Source: Candidatus Dormiibacterota bacterium (GTDB lineage: Bacteria > Chloroflexota > Dormibacteria > Aeolococcales > Bog-877). Taken from it: a stretch of DNA of 64,000 nt. The stretch covers positions 508 to 64,507 of the forward strand of contig DAHUYV010000135.1 of NCBI GenBank assembly GCA_027306885.1, in the 5' to 3' direction. Below are positions 40,180-50,433 of the stretch, one piece after another. Below the pieces are notes generated by a model, which saw nothing but the letters and a program-made list of their open reading frames with translations, had not been told where the DNA came from and did not search any database. The translations under genes and the position numbers were made by a program. The stretch's first letter is position 1, and each line of letters begins with the position of its first letter.

Positions 40180-41631
40180 CTACTCCGTGCCGCTGCTCGC
40201 GGCGAGCGCAGCGGCCAGCGCGGTGGTGGCGCGGGAGAAGGTTGCCTCCAGGGTGGCTCCGTATCCGACCAGCAGCCCGGCCGGCCCCCCCCGTTCGTAG
40301 TAGGAGCCGGCGGCCAGGCCATCGAGGCCGATGCCAGCGGCGCGCGCCGCAGCCAGGGCGGCGGCCTCCAGGCCGGGGCTGGGAAGAGGGATCAGCAGGT
40401 CCAGGCCGGCATCGGCGCCGGTCACCGCGAGGTCCGGGCGCGCCGCCGCGAGGGCCTGGATCAGGAGGTCCCGCCGACGGCGGTAGGAAAGGCGCATGCG
40501 GCGGACGTGGCGATCGTAGGCGCCGCTGCGCAGCAGTTCGGTGAACGCGAGCTGGTCCAAGGCGCCGCTCTGCCAGTCGGCGTGGGCCTTCTGGGCGAGG
40601 ACGGCGGCCAGCAGACCCTCTGGCACGACCAGCCAGCCCAGGCGGACTCCGGGAGCGAGGGTCTTGGACACGGTGCCGGCGTAGATCACCACTCCCGGGT
40701 CAAGGGTCTGCAGGGCCCCCAGGGGGTGGCGGTCGTAGCGGAACTCCCCGTCGTAGTCGTCCTCGAGGACCAACGCCCCGCTGCCCCGGGCCCACTGCAC
40801 CAGCTCGGCCCGGCGGTGGGGACTCAGGACCGTCCCGGTCGGATGCTGGCGGTTGGGGGTGAGGACCACCAGGCCGATGTCGTCCCGTCCCCGGAGCTGC
40901 GATACCCGCATGCCGTCGCCGTCCACGGCGACCGGCACCACCTCGTGACCGGTGGCCCGCACCACGGCGCGGTGCAGTGGCAGGCAGGGCTCTTCCATGG
41001 CGACTGTGCCCCGGGCCGTCGGCAGACAGCGGGCGACCAGGCCGAGACCCTGGATGAATCCCGAGGTCACCACCAGCCGGTCGGGTGCGGAGGCCAGCCC
41101 GCGGGCTCGGCTGAGGTACCCGCTCAGTTCGACGCGAAGGGCCAACTGCCCCTGGGGATCGCCGATGGAGAAGGCGTCGTTGGGGGCGGCCGCGATCGCC
41201 CGGCGCGCCGCCCGGAGCCAGGCGCGGCGCGGAAAGGAGCTGGCATCCGGTCGGCCCGGCCGAAAGTCGAAGCGCCAGCGCAACGGCGGGGGCTCGCGCA
41301 TCGGGTGACGGGGGGGGTGGCCGGCGGAGTCAAAGCACACCAGCGTCGCGGACCCCGGCCGCCCCTCAAGCCAGCCCTCGGCGATCAGTTGATCGTAGGC
41401 CTGCAGGACGGTGCCCCGGGACACCCCGAGATCGCGAGCCAGCGCGCGGGATGCGGGAAGGCGGTCCCCCAGCCCCAGCCGGCCGGAGCGAATCGCCTCC
41501 CGAAGCGCCTCCTCGATTCGAGTTCGGAGTCCCCCTCCTGCGGGGCCAGCCCGGGTCAGTTCCAGGTACAGGTCGAGGCCGGAAGCCGGGGAATTGGCCC
41601 AGGATTTGGCCACACGATTGGTCCTTGGCAT
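40180..41631 (-). CDS. MocR/GntR-family PLP-dependent transcriptional regulator
   Basis: N-terminal GntR HTH (LPASRALARDLGVSRGTV) plus a fold-type I aminotransferase domain (TVSKTLAPGVRLGW). Confidence 0.85.
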   Translation of the reverse strand: MPRTNRVAKSWANSPASGLDLYLELTRAGPAGGGLRTRIEEALREAIRSGRLGLGDRLPASRALARDLGVSRGTVLQAYDQLIAEGWLEGRPGSATLVCFDSAGHPPRHPMREPPPLRWRFDFRPGRPDASSFPRRAWLRAARRAIAAAPNDAFSIGDPQGQLALRVELSGYLSRARGLASAPDRLVVTSGFIQGLGLVARCLPTARGTVAMEEPCLPLHRAVVRATGHEVVPVAVDGDGMRVSQLRGRDDIGLVVLTPNRQHPTGTVLSPHRRAELVQWARGSGALVLEDDYDGEFRYDRHPLGALQTLDPGVVIYAGTVSKTLAPGVRLGWLVVPEGLLAAVLAQKAHADWQSGALDQLAFTELLRSGAYDRHVRRMRLSYRRRRDLLIQALAAARPDLAVTGADAGLDLLIPLPSPGLEAAALAAARAAGIGLDGLAAGSYYERGGPAGLLVGYGATLEATFSRATTALAAALAASSGTE

Positions 41632-41693
41632 TGGGCCATCCTGAAGCTAGCCTGGTGTTCTGTCAAGTCGATGCAAGTGAGGAGGAAGCCGAC

Positions 41694-42173
41694 ATGCAGG
41701 TGAAGACCGAGGCCTCCGCGACGGGATTCGAGGAGCCCCGCCTGGGGCTGGCTGATCGCGCTCCCGCCCTGTACCGGGCCATGGTCGCCCTGGACGGCGC
41801 GGTGGAGCTGGACTCATCGCTGCGCGACTTGGTGTGCCTCCGGGCGTCGATCTTGAACGGGTGCGCGTATTGCGTCGACATGCACACCCTGGATGCCGCC
41901 GCCCGCGGCGAGACCGAGCAGCGCCTTCACGCCGTAGCTGCCTGGCATGAGGCCCCCTTCTTCACGGAGCGGGAGAGGGCGGCGCTCCTGCTCACCGACG
42001 CGATGACCGGGCTCCCCCAGTCTCACGTCCCCGCGGAGACGTACCAGTTGGCCAAAGACCACTTCCCCGAGGACGAGCTGGCCCAATTGATCTGGGCGAT
42101 CGTGGTCATCAACGCCTGGAATCGGGTGGCGGTGACCACTCGCATGCTCCCTGGCGAGTACCGACCCGGGTAG
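41694..42173 (+). CDS. carboxymuconolactone decarboxylase (AhpD-like) family protein
   Basis: CMD motif NGCAYCVDMHT; RBS GAGGAGGAAG. Divergent from the MocR regulator. Confidence 0.8.
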   Translation: MQVKTEASATGFEEPRLGLADRAPALYRAMVALDGAVELDSSLRDLVCLRASILNGCAYCVDMHTLDAAARGETEQRLHAVAAWHEAPFFTERERAALLLTDAMTGLPQSHVPAETYQLAKDHFPEDELAQLIWAIVVINAWNRVAVTTRMLPGEYRPG

Positions 42174-42236
42174 CCCCGCGGTCCGGACCGACCGCGTTAG
42201 AAGTTGCGGTCCCCACGACTCAAAGGAGGACGCCCG

Positions 42237-42632
42237 ATGAATGACCCGATCAACCGCGCCGATCGACCAGACGACCTGCGGTCCCTGTTCGTCGAGCTCG
42301 CTGCGGCGGGCGATGCGGACGCCCTGGCGGGGCTGTACGAGCCCGGAGCGATCATGGCCTTCCCGCCGGGGCGCCTGACCGAGGGCCGGGAGGCCATTCG
42401 CGCGATCTGGGGGGCCGTCATCGAGGGGGGAGTGCCGATAACGCTCGAGCCCGCCATGCCCACGGTGGTCTGCGGATCGATCGCCCTCACCGGAACCGTG
42501 AGAGCGGACGGGATCGGTGTCCGGGTGCAGGTGGTGCGCCGCCAGCCCGATGGCAGCTGGCTGCGCGTGATCGACGTTCCCGAGATGGCGCCGCGGCTGC
42601 CAACTCCCACCGGTGAGGGCAGCCGGAGCTGA
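42237..42632 (+). CDS. SnoaL-like/NTF2-fold (DUF4440-like) protein
   Basis: 131 aa with an alpha+beta cone-like pattern; RBS AAGGAGGA 6 nt upstream. Confidence 0.55.
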   Translation: MNDPINRADRPDDLRSLFVELAAAGDADALAGLYEPGAIMAFPPGRLTEGREAIRAIWGAVIEGGVPITLEPAMPTVVCGSIALTGTVRADGIGVRVQVVRRQPDGSWLRVIDVPEMAPRLPTPTGEGSRS

Positions 42633-42784
42633 GCTCAGGACCGCCAGCGGCGGCGCCGCGACTCCTTGGCAGTCGACACGAAGCTGGAGGGGTCGCGCGC
42701 CGGTGCCCCTGGCCGAAGTGGGCAGGGCCGACGGCCACAGGCAGCGGTTGGACACCGGCACCGCCTCTGGCGCTCGAAAATCTG

Positions 42785-42859
42785 TGGTGGAGCCGGCGGG
42801 AATTGAACCCGCGACCTCTTCCATGCCAAGGAAGCGCGCTGCCGCTGCGCCACGGCCCC
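42785..42859 (-). tRNA. tRNA-Ala (anticodon GGC)
   Basis: GGGGCCG acceptor with G3:U70; anticodon loop TTGGCAT; CCA encoded. Confidence 0.85.
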
Positions 42860-43426
42860 TGAGATCAGTCTGAGATCAGATGCGGCCCCGCGGGAAGGCG
42901 TGTCCACCAACCGCGCACGCTTGCCTGCCGATCCCGCCCTTCGCTGGACCCGCACTGACCACGAGATCAAGCCTATCAGGTGCCTCACCGGCACATTTGG
43001 ATGGGCCCTCGACACCCCGCGCCACTCTGGATGCCGACGCCGACCACGCCCGGGAGATGGCCGCTCTGGCCGCGGCCGTCGGCACCGATCGCCGTCGGAG
43101 AGCGGGAATCACCGGCCGGGAAACGCCCCGGGAAGCTCAGCCGGCCCGACTTCGAGCTGGAGGCCGCCGAGCAGTCGGATGACCCCATCACCCGCCCTCC
43201 GAAACAGCTCGTGGCCGCCTGCGATCGCTGGGATGTGGAGCCTACGGAAGAGGATTCAGCGGCACTCTGAGAAGGTTCCAACCAGTTGCGGGGCGAGGAT
43301 GGCTGAGCCAGGCACGATCCGGCCCCCGGCGAGCGGCCGGGGCACACTGGTCAGCGCGGAGACCTGGGGCCGCCCCGCCGGACCGAGCGCCGATGACCGG
43401 CGCCTCAGCCTGAGACACTGGTCCCC

Positions 43427-44263
43427 GTGACCGATACCCGGGAGTTCGCCGAGGCGCTCGCCGCCGCACACGGGTCCCGACCTCGGCCGCTGCCCTTGAA
43501 GCGCGAGGTCGAGGTCCTGGTGGACAGCCTGCTGGGGCTGCTCTTCCCGCAGCTGTCCGAGGAGGTGGTCACCGAGGCCGAAGCGATCGCAGAGCGCTTC
43601 GAGCTGGCCCGGCGCGACCTCTGCCGCCTGGTTCACCCACTGGCGCCCCCCGACCAGGCGGAGGAGATCTCCCACGATTTGATGCGGGCTCTGCCCGACC
43701 TGTACCACCAGATTGAGATGGACGCGGAGGCGATCGTCGCGGGCGACCCGGCCGCCGAGAGCCTGGACGAGGTCGTCGCCGCCTATCCCGGCTTCCTAGC
43801 CATCGCGACCTACCGGATTGCCCACCAGCTCCACCATCGAGGACTGCCGGTTCTGCCGCGGTTGTTCTCCGAGGTGGCGCATACCCGGACCGGGATCGAC
43901 ATCCATCCCGGGGCCTCCATCGGCCGCGCCTTCTGCATCGACCACGGCACCGGCATCGTGATCGGAGAGACGGCGGTCATCGGCGCCGACGTGAAGATCT
44001 ACCAGGGAGTGACCTTGGGGGCGCTCAGCGTCGCCAAGGCGGCGGCTGGAACCAAGCGCCACCCGACGCTCGAGGACCGGGTGGTGATCTACGCCAACGC
44101 CACGGTGCTGGGGGGTGACACCGTGGTGGGGCACGACAGCGTGGTGGGCGGGAACGTGTGGCTCACCAGCAGCGTCGCCCCCTACTCGCTCGTCTACCAT
44201 GCCAGTCAGGTGCGGGTCAGGAGTGTGGTCGATGCCATCGAGCCTCCGGACTTCGTGATCTGA
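43427..44263 (+). CDS. cysE: serine O-acetyltransferase
   Basis: SATase N-domain plus hexapeptide repeats ([25 protein letters not shown]). Confidence 0.9.
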   Translation: MTDTREFAEALAAAHGSRPRPLPLKREVEVLVDSLLGLLFPQLSEEVVTEAEAIAERFELARRDLCRLVHPLAPPDQAEEISHDLMRALPDLYHQIEMDAEAIVAGDPAAESLDEVVAAYPGFLAIATYRIAHQLHHRGLPVLPRLFSEVAHTRTGIDIHPGASIGRAFCIDHGTGIVIGETAVIGADVKIYQGVTLGALSVAKAAAGTKRHPTLEDRVVIYANATVLGGDTVVGHDSVVGGNVWLTSSVAPYSLVYHASQVRVRSVVDAIEPPDFVI

Positions 44264-44297
44264 GATAGTCGGGCGGGTTCGCACCCGGGGAGGCAAC

Positions 44298-45212
44298 GTG
44301 AGAGCCGAGAGCATCCTTGAGACCATTGGCGGGACCCCCGTGGTCCGAATCAACCACCTGTTCGACCCCCGCCTGGAGGTCTGGTTCAAGCAGGAGCGCG
44401 TCAACCCCGGGGGCAGCATCAAGGACCGGATCGCCCTCGCAATGGTCGAGGACGCCGAGCGACGAGGGGTCCTGCAGCCGACCTCGGTGATCGTCGAGCC
44501 CACCTCGGGCAACACCGGCATCGGCCTCGCAATGGTGGCCGCGGTGCGGGGATACCGCCTCATCCTGGTGATGCCGGAGTCGTTCTCCATCGAGCGGCGC
44601 AAGCTGATGGCCGCGTACGGCGCGGAGATCGAGCTGACCCCAAGGGAGCTGGGGATGCGAGGGGCCATCGCCCGTGCTGCGGAGCTGGCGGCCGAGACCG
44701 AGGGCGCCTGGATGCCGATGCAGTTCGACAATCCCGCCAACGTCGAGGTGCACCGCCGCACGACCGCGGCGGAGGTGGCCGCAGACTTCCCCGATGGACT
44801 CGACTACCTGGTCACGGGCGTGGGCACCGGCGGGCACATCACGGGCTGCGCCGAGGTGCTCAAGGAGATGTGGCCCAACCTCAAGGTGTACGCCGTCGAG
44901 CCCACGCTGTCACCGGTGCTCTCCGGGGGGAGCCCGGGGCCGCACCCGATCCAGGGCATCGGCGCGGGGTTTGTCCCGGGGGTGATGCGCACCGACCTGC
45001 TCGACGGGATCATTCAGGTGGCCCCTGACGACGCCTTCGCATACGCGCGGCGCTCGGCTCGGGAGGAGGGGGTTCTGGTGGGGGTGTCCTCGGGTGCCTC
45101 CCTTGCAGCGGTGGCGTCACTCGAGCCCAAGCTGCCGGATGGGGCGCGAGTCCTCACCTTCACCTACGACAGCGGCGAGCGGTACCTCTCCGTGGACGCC
45201 CTGTTCGCCTGA
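44298..45212 (+). CDS. cysK: cysteine synthase A (O-acetylserine sulfhydrylase)
   Basis: PLP-Lys motif NPGGSIKDR and TSGNTGIG. Confidence 0.95.
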   Translation: MRAESILETIGGTPVVRINHLFDPRLEVWFKQERVNPGGSIKDRIALAMVEDAERRGVLQPTSVIVEPTSGNTGIGLAMVAAVRGYRLILVMPESFSIERRKLMAAYGAEIELTPRELGMRGAIARAAELAAETEGAWMPMQFDNPANVEVHRRTTAAEVAADFPDGLDYLVTGVGTGGHITGCAEVLKEMWPNLKVYAVEPTLSPVLSGGSPGPHPIQGIGAGFVPGVMRTDLLDGIIQVAPDDAFAYARRSAREEGVLVGVSSGASLAAVASLEPKLPDGARVLTFTYDSGERYLSVDALFA

Positions 45213-45220
45213 GGGCGGCC

Positions 45221-45251
45221 GGGGGGCGTGACTCGCCCGCGATGCGCCCCC
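45221..45251 (+). terminator. GC-rich hairpin downstream of cysK (putative intrinsic terminator, no U-tract)
   Basis: GGGGGGCG...CGCCCCCC 8-bp inverted repeat 9 nt after the cysK stop. Confidence 0.3.
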
Positions 45252-45484
45252 CATAAATACAGCGACCCGGCGATTGCCGGGCCGCTGCGGGGAGGGAGGA
45301 ATAGGGCCGTCGTTCCGGCGGTCGAATCGCCGGTGCCGGGGGCCTCCCGGCCGACAACTGAGACTCTGACAGCCGCGACTGGGGGCCCACTGTGTCCGAC
45401 CTTAGAGTTTGCTTGGAGCTCGGCGGCCGTGGAGGCTCAGTCGAAGCTCAGGAAACTCCCAGTTTGGGGGTGCAGACTCCGGCC

Positions 45485-46177
45485 ATGGAGCCGCGCACGA
45501 AGGTGCTGGTGGTTGACGACGAGCTGAACCTGGTGGAGTTGGTGTCAACCGCCCTGCGGTATGCCGACTTCGAGACCGAGACCGCTCGGAGCGGACGGGA
45601 GGCGCTCGAGAAGGTCAAGCAGTTCCAACCCCATCTGGTGATCCTAGATGTGATGCTCCCGGACCAGGACGGCTTCGAGGTCGCCCGGACGATGGCGGCC
45701 TCCGGGCTCACCGTGCCGATCCTCTTCCTCACCGCCCGCGACGCGACCGAGGACAAGGTCCGGGGCCTCACGGTGGGAGGGGACGACTACGTCACCAAGC
45801 CCTTCAGCCTGGACGAGCTGATCGCCCGGGTGCGGGTCATCCTGCGTCGCAGCGGCCATCGCCAGGAGAGCCACAATGTTCTGACGTTCGCTGACCTGGA
45901 GATGGACGAGGACCTGCGGGAGGTCCGCCGCGCGGAGCAGGTGATCGAGCTCACGGCCACCGAGTACCGCCTCCTGCGCTACCTGCTGATCAATGCCCGG
46001 CGGGTCCTGACCCGCGCGCAGATCCTGGACCACGTCTGGAGCTACGACTTTGGTGGCGACGCCGGCATCCTGGAGACCTACATCAGCTATCTGCGCAAGA
46101 AGGTGGACGCCGTCGACCCGCCCCTGATCCACACGGTGCGGGGAATGGGTTACGTGCTGCGGCTGCCTCGGGGCTGA
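45485..46177 (+). CDS. OmpR-family response regulator
   Basis: Receiver domain (VLVVDDE...DVMLPDQDG) plus winged-helix domain (TEYRLLRYL). Confidence 0.9.
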   Translation: MEPRTKVLVVDDELNLVELVSTALRYADFETETARSGREALEKVKQFQPHLVILDVMLPDQDGFEVARTMAASGLTVPILFLTARDATEDKVRGLTVGGDDYVTKPFSLDELIARVRVILRRSGHRQESHNVLTFADLEMDEDLREVRRAEQVIELTATEYRLLRYLLINARRVLTRAQILDHVWSYDFGGDAGILETYISYLRKKVDAVDPPLIHTVRGMGYVLRLPRG

Positions 46178-46179
46178 TC

Positions 46180-47658
46180 GTGTCTCTGCGGTTGCGGCTG
46201 GTCCTGGCCCTCCTCGCTCTGGTGGTGGCGGGGCTGGTGGCCACCGACACGGTCACCTACGTCGCCCTGCAGTCCTCGCTGTGGACTCGACTCGATGAGG
46301 ACCTGCTGCAGTCGGTGGACGCGGCGCGGACCTGTGTCCTCGATGAGCTGATCAACAGCAACTGCCCCACCAGCACCGCCCTGCCCAACGGCAGCTACGC
46401 TGCCTTCCTTGGCCCCGGGGGCGCGCGTGAGCCGGTGGTCTGGGGGGTAAGCCAATCGACCCCCCAGCCGGTCCTCCCCGACTCTGTCACCTCCGGCACC
46501 GCGACCGGCACCCCCGTCTTCTTCACCGCCACCGCCAACCATGGGGGAGGGGACTTTCGCGGCCTGGTGGTCCTGGTGTCCGTGCCCGGCGGCGTACAGC
46601 CCTTCGTGGTGGCGATGCCACTGTCGTCGGTGGAGAGCACCCTCCAGCAGCTGAGGTTGCTGGAGATGCTGGTGGGGGGCGTGGTGCTGGTGGCGCTGGG
46701 ACTGGGGGCGTGGTGGCTGGTTGACCTCGGACTGCGTCCCCTCCGCCGGATCCGGGACACCGCCCAGAAGATCGCCGCTGGAGACCTCAGCCAACGGGTG
46801 AAGGGGGTGGACGAGCGCACCGAGGTCGGCCAGCTGGCGATCAGCCTCAACGAGATGCTCGCCCAGATCGAGCAGGCATTCGCCGAGCGCAGCGCATCCG
46901 AGGCCAGGCTGAGACGGTTCGCCGCCGACGCGTCCCACGAGCTGCGCACCCCGCTCAGCTCGATCCGGGGCTACGCGGAGCTCTTTCGCCGGGGGGCGCG
47001 CTCCAACCCGGAGGACCTGGAGAAGGCCATGAGCCGGATCGAGAGCGAGGCCATCCGCATGGGGGTCCTGGTCGAGGACCTGCTGCTGCTGGCCCGGCTG
47101 GACCAGGGCCGCCCCCTTGAGCTTCACTCCGTGGACCTCTCCCAGCTGGCGGTCGACGCCGCCGCTGACCAATCCGCGGCCGACCGCCGCCACGCGATCT
47201 CAGTAGCGGCGCCCGATCCGGTGCTGGTCGACGGGGACGAGGCACGCCTTCGGCAGGTGATCGGCAACCTGGTGCGCAACGCCGTGGTCCACACCCCACA
47301 GGGGACCGGGCTCGAGATCATCACTCGGCTCGAGGGGGACGCGGGGGTCGTCGAGGTGGTGGACCATGGTCCGGGGATCCCGGACGAGGTCGCGGCCCGG
47401 GTCTTCGAGCGCTTCTACCGCGTCGACCGGGCCCGCGGGCGGGCCACGGGCGGCGCCGGCCTTGGCCTGTCGATCGTGAGCGCCATCGTGGCGGCCCACC
47501 AGGGCCGGGTCTCCCTGCGGCCGACCCCCGGCGGGGGGGCGACCTTCATCGTCGAGATCCCGGTGAAGGGGCGGGAGCGAAACCCCTTGGCGGTGCTGGA
47601 TGAGGAGCCAGAGCTGGCCGCCGCCGAGGCGCCCTCAGACCCCAGCGCCGCCCGCTGA
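46180..47658 (+). CDS. sensor histidine kinase (HAMP-HisKA-HATPase)
   Basis: H-box ASHELRTPLSSIRGYAEL; G-boxes GGAGLGLSIV; two transmembrane segments. Confidence 0.9.
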   Translation: MSLRLRLVLALLALVVAGLVATDTVTYVALQSSLWTRLDEDLLQSVDAARTCVLDELINSNCPTSTALPNGSYAAFLGPGGAREPVVWGVSQSTPQPVLPDSVTSGTATGTPVFFTATANHGGGDFRGLVVLVSVPGGVQPFVVAMPLSSVESTLQQLRLLEMLVGGVVLVALGLGAWWLVDLGLRPLRRIRDTAQKIAAGDLSQRVKGVDERTEVGQLAISLNEMLAQIEQAFAERSASEARLRRFAADASHELRTPLSSIRGYAELFRRGARSNPEDLEKAMSRIESEAIRMGVLVEDLLLLARLDQGRPLELHSVDLSQLAVDAAADQSAADRRHAISVAAPDPVLVDGDEARLRQVIGNLVRNAVVHTPQGTGLEIITRLEGDAGVVEVVDHGPGIPDEVAARVFERFYRVDRARGRATGGAGLGLSIVSAIVAAHQGRVSLRPTPGGGATFIVEIPVKGRERNPLAVLDEEPELAAAEAPSDPSAAR

Positions 47659-48621
47659 TCCTCCGGCGGGGCTGCTTTGGACGCCCTGGCCGATGTCAGC
47701 CGCGGCGGCGCCCTTGGTGCCGACGGCCCGGCTCCAGGCGCGCGTCTCACGGATGAGGGAGGTGAGCCCTATGCCCATCACCGCGAACACTACGAGGAAG
47801 AGGGGCAGGCCGATCTGGTCCAGGTTGTGGACCTGGATGCCGGTGGCGAAGCTGAGATTGGCGATCTGGGGGAAGGCCAGCCCGAAGAGTCCGCCGACCA
47901 CGAAGGCGAGACCACCCCAGGTCAGGGTGCGCCCCGCGACGGTCAGCGCCACGTGGCGGACCGCCTCGGGAGGCAGCCCGCGCCGGGAGGCGTACCGGCC
48001 GAAGGCACCCCCCGCCAGCACCTGAACGATGGTGGTGCCGACTCCGAAGAGTGCGCCCGGGACCCAGGCCAGCAGCGGCGAGGGCATCGCCGGGGCCAGG
48101 ACCGTGTAGATGATGATGGCGAATGCCCCGAAGCCCCAGCCGGCGACGAAGCCGTGGACTGCCGGCATCCAGGGCCGGGGGTCCTGGACCCAGTTGGGGG
48201 TGGGAAAGTCCTGCCCCGAGTGGACCAGCTCGGCGTCCTTCTGGAGCCAGGGGATATGGAGGTGGAAATGGAATGGAAGACGGCCCCGGCGCACGATCAT
48301 GAAGCCGGCCCAGGCCATCAGGATGCCCACCACCACGTAGATGGCGTAGTCGGCGCTGCCCAGCGTCAGCACCTTGGTGAACCCGAAGTAGGCAAGTTCA
48401 CTCGCGATCGCCCTCTGGATGGTGAAGGCCAGCGAGAAGGTGAGGCCGGCTCGCAGCCCCTTCTTGGTCGAGTAGCTGCCGATGGCGTAGCTGAAGGTGA
48501 TGGGCCAGGTGTGCTCGTCCGGGGTGATCCCGTGCACCATCCCCAGCAGCAACGCGGTGACGAAGATCGCCAGCCCGGTGACGTGGACCGGGTCCCAGAG
48601 GTTGATGACAGCGCCGATCAC
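47635..48621 (-). CDS. putative metal-cation transporter (NicO/NiCoT- or HupE/UreJ-like)
   Basis: Polytopic membrane protein with a TM2-proximal HGITPDEH (H-x4-D-E-H) motif. Its GTG start overlaps the Fur-family stop (GTGA), giving a co-directional regulator-transporter pair. Confidence 0.5.
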   Translation of the reverse strand: MIGAVINLWDPVHVTGLAIFVTALLLGMVHGITPDEHTWPITFSYAIGSYSTKKGLRAGLTFSLAFTIQRAIASELAYFGFTKVLTLGSADYAIYVVVGILMAWAGFMIVRRGRLPFHFHLHIPWLQKDAELVHSGQDFPTPNWVQDPRPWMPAVHGFVAGWGFGAFAIIIYTVLAPAMPSPLLAWVPGALFGVGTTIVQVLAGGAFGRYASRRGLPPEAVRHVALTVAGRTLTWGGLAFVVGGLFGLAFPQIANLSFATGIQVHNLDQIGLPLFLVVFAVMGIGLTSLIRETRAWSRAVGTKGAAAADIGQGVQSSPAGGSAGGAGV

Positions 48622-49046
48622 GAGGGCACCGCCGCCGGCGAGGCCGGTTTGGCCGGCAGCGCGGCGCGCTCCTGGCACGAAGGACAGGTGCCGCTCAGCA
48701 CCAGGCGGTGATCTGTGATCAGAAAGCCGGTGGTGCTCTCCAGGCCTGCCAGAGCGGCGCTGAGCGACCCGCAGGGCACCGGAGTCACCTCACCGCAGAT
48801 CCGGCAGCGCAGGTGATCGTGGTGCTCGTCGCGCATCTCCACGTGGGTGCGTCCGTCGTCGAGCTCCACCCGGCGCACCACCCCGTCGGTCTCCAGCTTG
48901 GCGGTCGCCCGGAAGACACTCGAGAAGTTGGCCTGCAACCCTCTGACGGCAAGCGCCTGGCGCAACTCCTCCAGGGTCCAGGCGTGGTGGCCCCGGGCGA
49001 CCATCAACTCGCGGAGCGCTCCGGCGATCTTCGGCTTTCTGCCCAT
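48618..49046 (-). CDS. Fur-family metalloregulator (Nur/Zur-like)
   Basis: HHDHLRCRICG...CGS...CPSC metal sites; wHTH N-terminus. Confidence 0.85.
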   Translation of the reverse strand: MGRKPKIAGALRELMVARGHHAWTLEELRQALAVRGLQANFSSVFRATAKLETDGVVRRVELDDGRTHVEMRDEHHDHLRCRICGEVTPVPCGSLSAALAGLESTTGFLITDHRLVLSGTCPSCQERAALPAKPASPAAVPS

Positions 49047-49070
49047 GCCCCCATGATACATAAAGCAAGC

Positions 49071-49095
49071 CGTTTGCGCAACAGGTTTGCGTAAA
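49071..49095 (+). promoter_or_regulatory. candidate Fur-family (Nur-like) operator: TTGCGCAA-N5-TTGCGTAA
   Basis: Lies in the AT-richer 114-nt divergent intergenic region between the Fur-family gene and the ApbE cluster. It resembles the Nur box tTGCaa-N5-tTGCAA. Confidence 0.35.
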
Positions 49096-49160
49096 CATCT
49101 CCAAGGAAGCTCCCAGGAGGATTTAGGGACGATTCCAGTTTCCTGTGGCAACATGGCGGG

Positions 49161-49448
49161 GTGAGGGACAGTTCCGACTTCACCAGCCGCCACCGCACCG
49201 AGGGCGAGTCGCTCCTTAGGAGGCTCACGGTCTGGGTCAGCCTCGGAGCGATGGTGGCCACCGCGGCCGTGGCGGCTGCGGTAGCCCACGCTCTGCCCGG
49301 CCGGTCGACCTCCTCCAGCTCCGCTGCTGCCTCCAGCGCTCCGACCACCGCCTCCGGGTCGACCTCCGCCCCGTCGTCGGGAGCGTCCCAGGGGACCGCG
49401 CCGGCTCCCGCCACGCCGGCCCCGGTGGTGACCTCCGGCGGCTCCTGA
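49161..49448 (+). CDS. small single-pass membrane protein with S/T/A/P-rich extracytoplasmic tail
   Basis: GTG start; one transmembrane helix (LTVWVSLGAMVATAAVAAAVAHAL); the tail contains SSGAS. Confidence 0.4.
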   Translation: MRDSSDFTSRHRTEGESLLRRLTVWVSLGAMVATAAVAAAVAHALPGRSTSSSSAAASSAPTTASGSTSAPSSGASQGTAPAPATPAPVVTSGGS

Positions 49449-49449
49449 G

Positions 49450-50433
49450 GTGGAGTCGGAATGGCGGATGGCGACCCTGCCCGGCGGGTTCGAGGTCGCC
49501 TCCCGTCCGGCGCTGGGAACCACAGCCCAGGTGGTGCTGCACGGGAGACCCGTTGGGCCCGCGGCGCTCCGGGCGATGGACCGCCTGCTCGACGATCTTG
49601 ACCTGGAGGCCAGCCGCTTCCGGCAGGACTCGGAGCTGGCCCGGGTGAACGCCTCGTCCAGCCCCGAACTCGAGGTCAGCCCCGGGTTCGCAGCTCTTCT
49701 GGAGCCGGCCCTCGAGTGGGCCAGGCGCACCCACGGGCTGCTCGATCCCACGGTGGGGCGGGCGGTGGTGAATGCCGGCTACACAGGCGACTTCGCCGGG
49801 CTGGAGCGGGACCAGTCGGGGCCGGCACCGGCCAAATCTCCCGCGCCTGGGTGGTGGCAGGTGGAGCTCTCCGGCACCCACCTGCGCCGGCCGCCCGGAG
49901 TGGTCCTGGACCTGGGCTCGACCAGCAAGGCCCAGGTGGCGGACCTGGCCGCCGCAGAGCTTCTCGCCCTCACCGGTGGAGCGGTCCTGGTCAGCCTCGG
50001 GGGCGACATCGCGACCGCCGGTGCGGTTCCGCCCGGAGGGTGGGTGGTGCGAGTCGGCGATGACCACCAGGGGCGGATGGGAGATGAGGGTCAGACCGTG
50101 GTCCTCACCGCGCGGGCGCTGGCGACATCGTCGCGGGCCGTGCGCCAATGGCGGCGCGGTGGCGAGCCGATGCACCACCTCATCGACCCGCGTCGTGGAC
50201 TGCCGGCGGATGGCCCGTGGCGCACCGTGAGTGTCGCGGCTGCAAGCTGCCTTGAGGCCAACGCGCTCGCCACCGCGGCCCTGGCCGGCGGAGAGGCCGG
50301 CAGGGCGCTCCTTGAGGGGTCGGGCGCCGCCGCCCGGCTGGTGACCACCGACGGCCGGGCGGTCCACCTCGGAGGCTGGACCCCAGCGGGAGAGGAGCTC
50401 CCTCTCAGGGTCGTGCCCGGGGCGGCTGCCTGA
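49450..50433 (+). CDS. FAD:protein FMN transferase (ApbE family)
   Basis: ApbE motifs (SRFRQDSELARVN; GSTSKAQVADLAA). Confidence 0.85.
   Translation: MESEWRMATLPGGFEVASRPALGTTAQVVLHGRPVGPAALRAMDRLLDDLDLEASRFRQDSELARVNASSSPELEVSPGFAALLEPALEWARRTHGLLDPTVGRAVVNAGYTGDFAGLERDQSGPAPAKSPAPGWWQVELSGTHLRRPPGVVLDLGSTSKAQVADLAAAELLALTGGAVLVSLGGDIATAGAVPPGGWVVRVGDDHQGRMGDEGQTVVLTARALATSSRAVRQWRRGGEPMHHLIDPRRGLPADGPWRTVSVAAASCLEANALATAALAGGEAGRALLEGSGAAARLVTTDGRAVHLGGWTPAGEELPLRVVPGAAA

Noticed and set aside
38690-42859. Two tRNA-Ala genes, both with a G3:U70 pair
   Set aside because: G3:U70 is the universal alanine identity element, so this is expected and not anomalous. The two genes are simply different isoacceptors (CGC and GGC).
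42900-43430. 176-aa ORF next to tRNA-Ala(GGC)
   Set aside because: The composition (R/P/S/G-rich) is typical of a wrong-frame reading. Kept only as a non-coding low-GC region in the findings.
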